Shown: in pieces, positions 62,905 through 64,000 of the stretch | Layout of the letters: each line of letters starts with the position of its first letter | Numbering within the stretch: the stretch's first letter is position 1 | Assembly: GCA_963737345.1 (NCBI GenBank) | Contig: CAVTSM010000013.1 | Location: 26,280 to 90,279 of the forward strand | Source of the DNA: an uncultured Pseudomonadota bacterium | Lineage (GTDB): Bacteria; Myxococcota_A; Polyangia; Fen-1088 | Reading direction: 5' to 3' | DNA: 64,000 bases | Translations under genes and position numbers: made by a program | The notes under the pieces: model-generated | Told to the model about the DNA's origin: nothing | Databases searched by the model: none | What the model saw: the letters and a program-made list of their open reading frames with translations, nothing else

Positions 62905-63714
62905 ATGAACGTCAGGCTTCCTTTTCCTCTTTTGGTGCTGGGAGTCGTCCTCGGGCTCATCGTGACCTCGTGTGCCTCGGTGCCGGGCACGCCTGGCGGC
63001 CCGCTCCAGCGGGCCGGCGCCGTCCAGCTTTCGGAGACCCAGCAGCTCTACGACCTGTCGCGTATTCAGCTTGCGACCACCGTGGGCTCGGAACGGGGGT
63101 TTCATGCCGACGCCGGCACCACGTGGGTGTTCCCCGCACGCCTCGGAGGCCGTGTGGCGATCACGGACTGGCTCGACACCGCCGCCGACTGGGGTGTGAG
63201 CGACATGGGCGGCGAGCTTCGCGTCGGGGTTCCGGAAGGCGCGCATCCGTTCCCGTTCGCCGTCCTTATCGGGGCCAGAACGGACAGGTTGGCGGTATTT
63301 CCCGCCGGCGACTATACGGGCCAGCAGCACGCGATAAGAGCTCGGCTCGAGGCCTACCCGGCGCTCCCGTCACCATCAGCTACGTCGCTTGCTCGATTTC
63401 ATGCCGTGCTTGCCCTGGGCGCAAGTCACGGCCGGTATTTTCACGCATTCGGCATTGGGGACTACGATCCCAGCCTGACTCGCGACGAAGACCGGGTCGA
63501 GGGCGCGATCGGCGCCGAGCTCCGCCACGGGCGCTTCGTTGGCAGCTTGATTGCGCTGCCCTACTTCGTCGCCCGTTCCTCCACTCCCATGGCCGTCGAC
63601 TGCGGTTTTCCGGAATGTAGGCTGGTTGGTCAAGAGTCGCTCCTCGGCTTCCAGCAGGACTTCGGAGTGACCATCACCCTGAACCTGGGTATCGCCCTCA
63701 ACGATCGGCGCTAA
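62905..63714 (+). CDS. Hypothetical lipoprotein / outer-membrane beta protein
   Basis: VTSC lipobox; amphipathic strands. Confidence 0.6.
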   Translation: MNVRLPFPLLVLGVVLGLIVTSCASVPGTPGGPLQRAGAVQLSETQQLYDLSRIQLATTVGSERGFHADAGTTWVFPARLGGRVAITDWLDTAADWGVSDMGGELRVGVPEGAHPFPFAVLIGARTDRLAVFPAGDYTGQQHAIRARLEAYPALPSPSATSLARFHAVLALGASHGRYFHAFGIGDYDPSLTRDEDRVEGAIGAELRHGRFVGSLIALPYFVARSSTPMAVDCGFPECRLVGQESLLGFQQDFGVTITLNLGIALNDRR

Positions 63715-63719
63715 CGCTC

Positions 63720-63975
63720 CTAAGTTCTTCGGCCAGGGGTAGTGCCTCGGCGATACCGGAAGACACGGCGGGCATCGGCCGCCGTGAATCGCCAATTCTG
63801 CGTGCGCGGTCGGCGGTTCTGTTCCAGGGGCGGTGCGGTACTTCAGCTCGCAGAGGGTCGCGATCCGATCGCGGCCCATGCACTCGCGTGACCACAAACT
63901 GACCTCGATCTCGGCGGGATTCAGCCAGCTGCCGTGCTTCGGCGTGTAATGGATGACGAAGCGGCGCCAGAGCCG
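63720..63975 (-). pseudogene. IS630-family transposase C-terminal fragment, frameshifted
   Basis: RRFVIHYTPKHGSWLNPAEIEVSLWSREC. Confidence 0.8.
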
Positions 63976-64000
63976 TTACGCGGAACGTAACGGCCCCTTT

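Overview
High-GC bacterial chromosome segment. The gene content (vWA lipoprotein, UPF0158, Gly-rich lipoproteins, TonB-C-terminal-fused TonB receptor, Mx8-like integrase) suggests Myxococcota/Polyangia; this is inference. 1-10.7 kb is core-like DNA (tRNA-Leu(CAA), isoaspartyl peptidase, panD, DUF429, UPF0158, rpoZ, RlmI/K-like methyltransferase). 10768-26598 is a complete ~15.8 kb integrative element in tRNA-Gly(CCC), bounded by a perfect 43-bp att repeat. Its att core lies inside the integrase reading frame, so the integrase C-terminus (probably an HTH domain) is restored only on excision. The element has myxobacterial LexA-like boxes, an iteron-like repeat cluster, an ISAzo13 insertion and three anti-phage genes: a Dsr1-like sirtuin, an Mrr-like nuclease-STAND NTPase and a kinase-dCTP deaminase. 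26.6-38.5 kb is an accessory patchwork containing two directly repeated ~70-bp units. Each unit is a conserved GC box followed, 14 bp later, by a 28-bp XerCD dif-like site, and the pair flanks a 3.2-kb cargo module. The remainder holds an ABC/CPBP pair, regulators, GH15, a BlaI/M56 operon with operators, and an ExbB-ExbD-TonB-lipoprotein-TBDR operon behind a strongly structured leader. Many single-base frameshifts, especially at 47-54 kb, look like long-read assembly errors. All calls are by eye; no searches were run.
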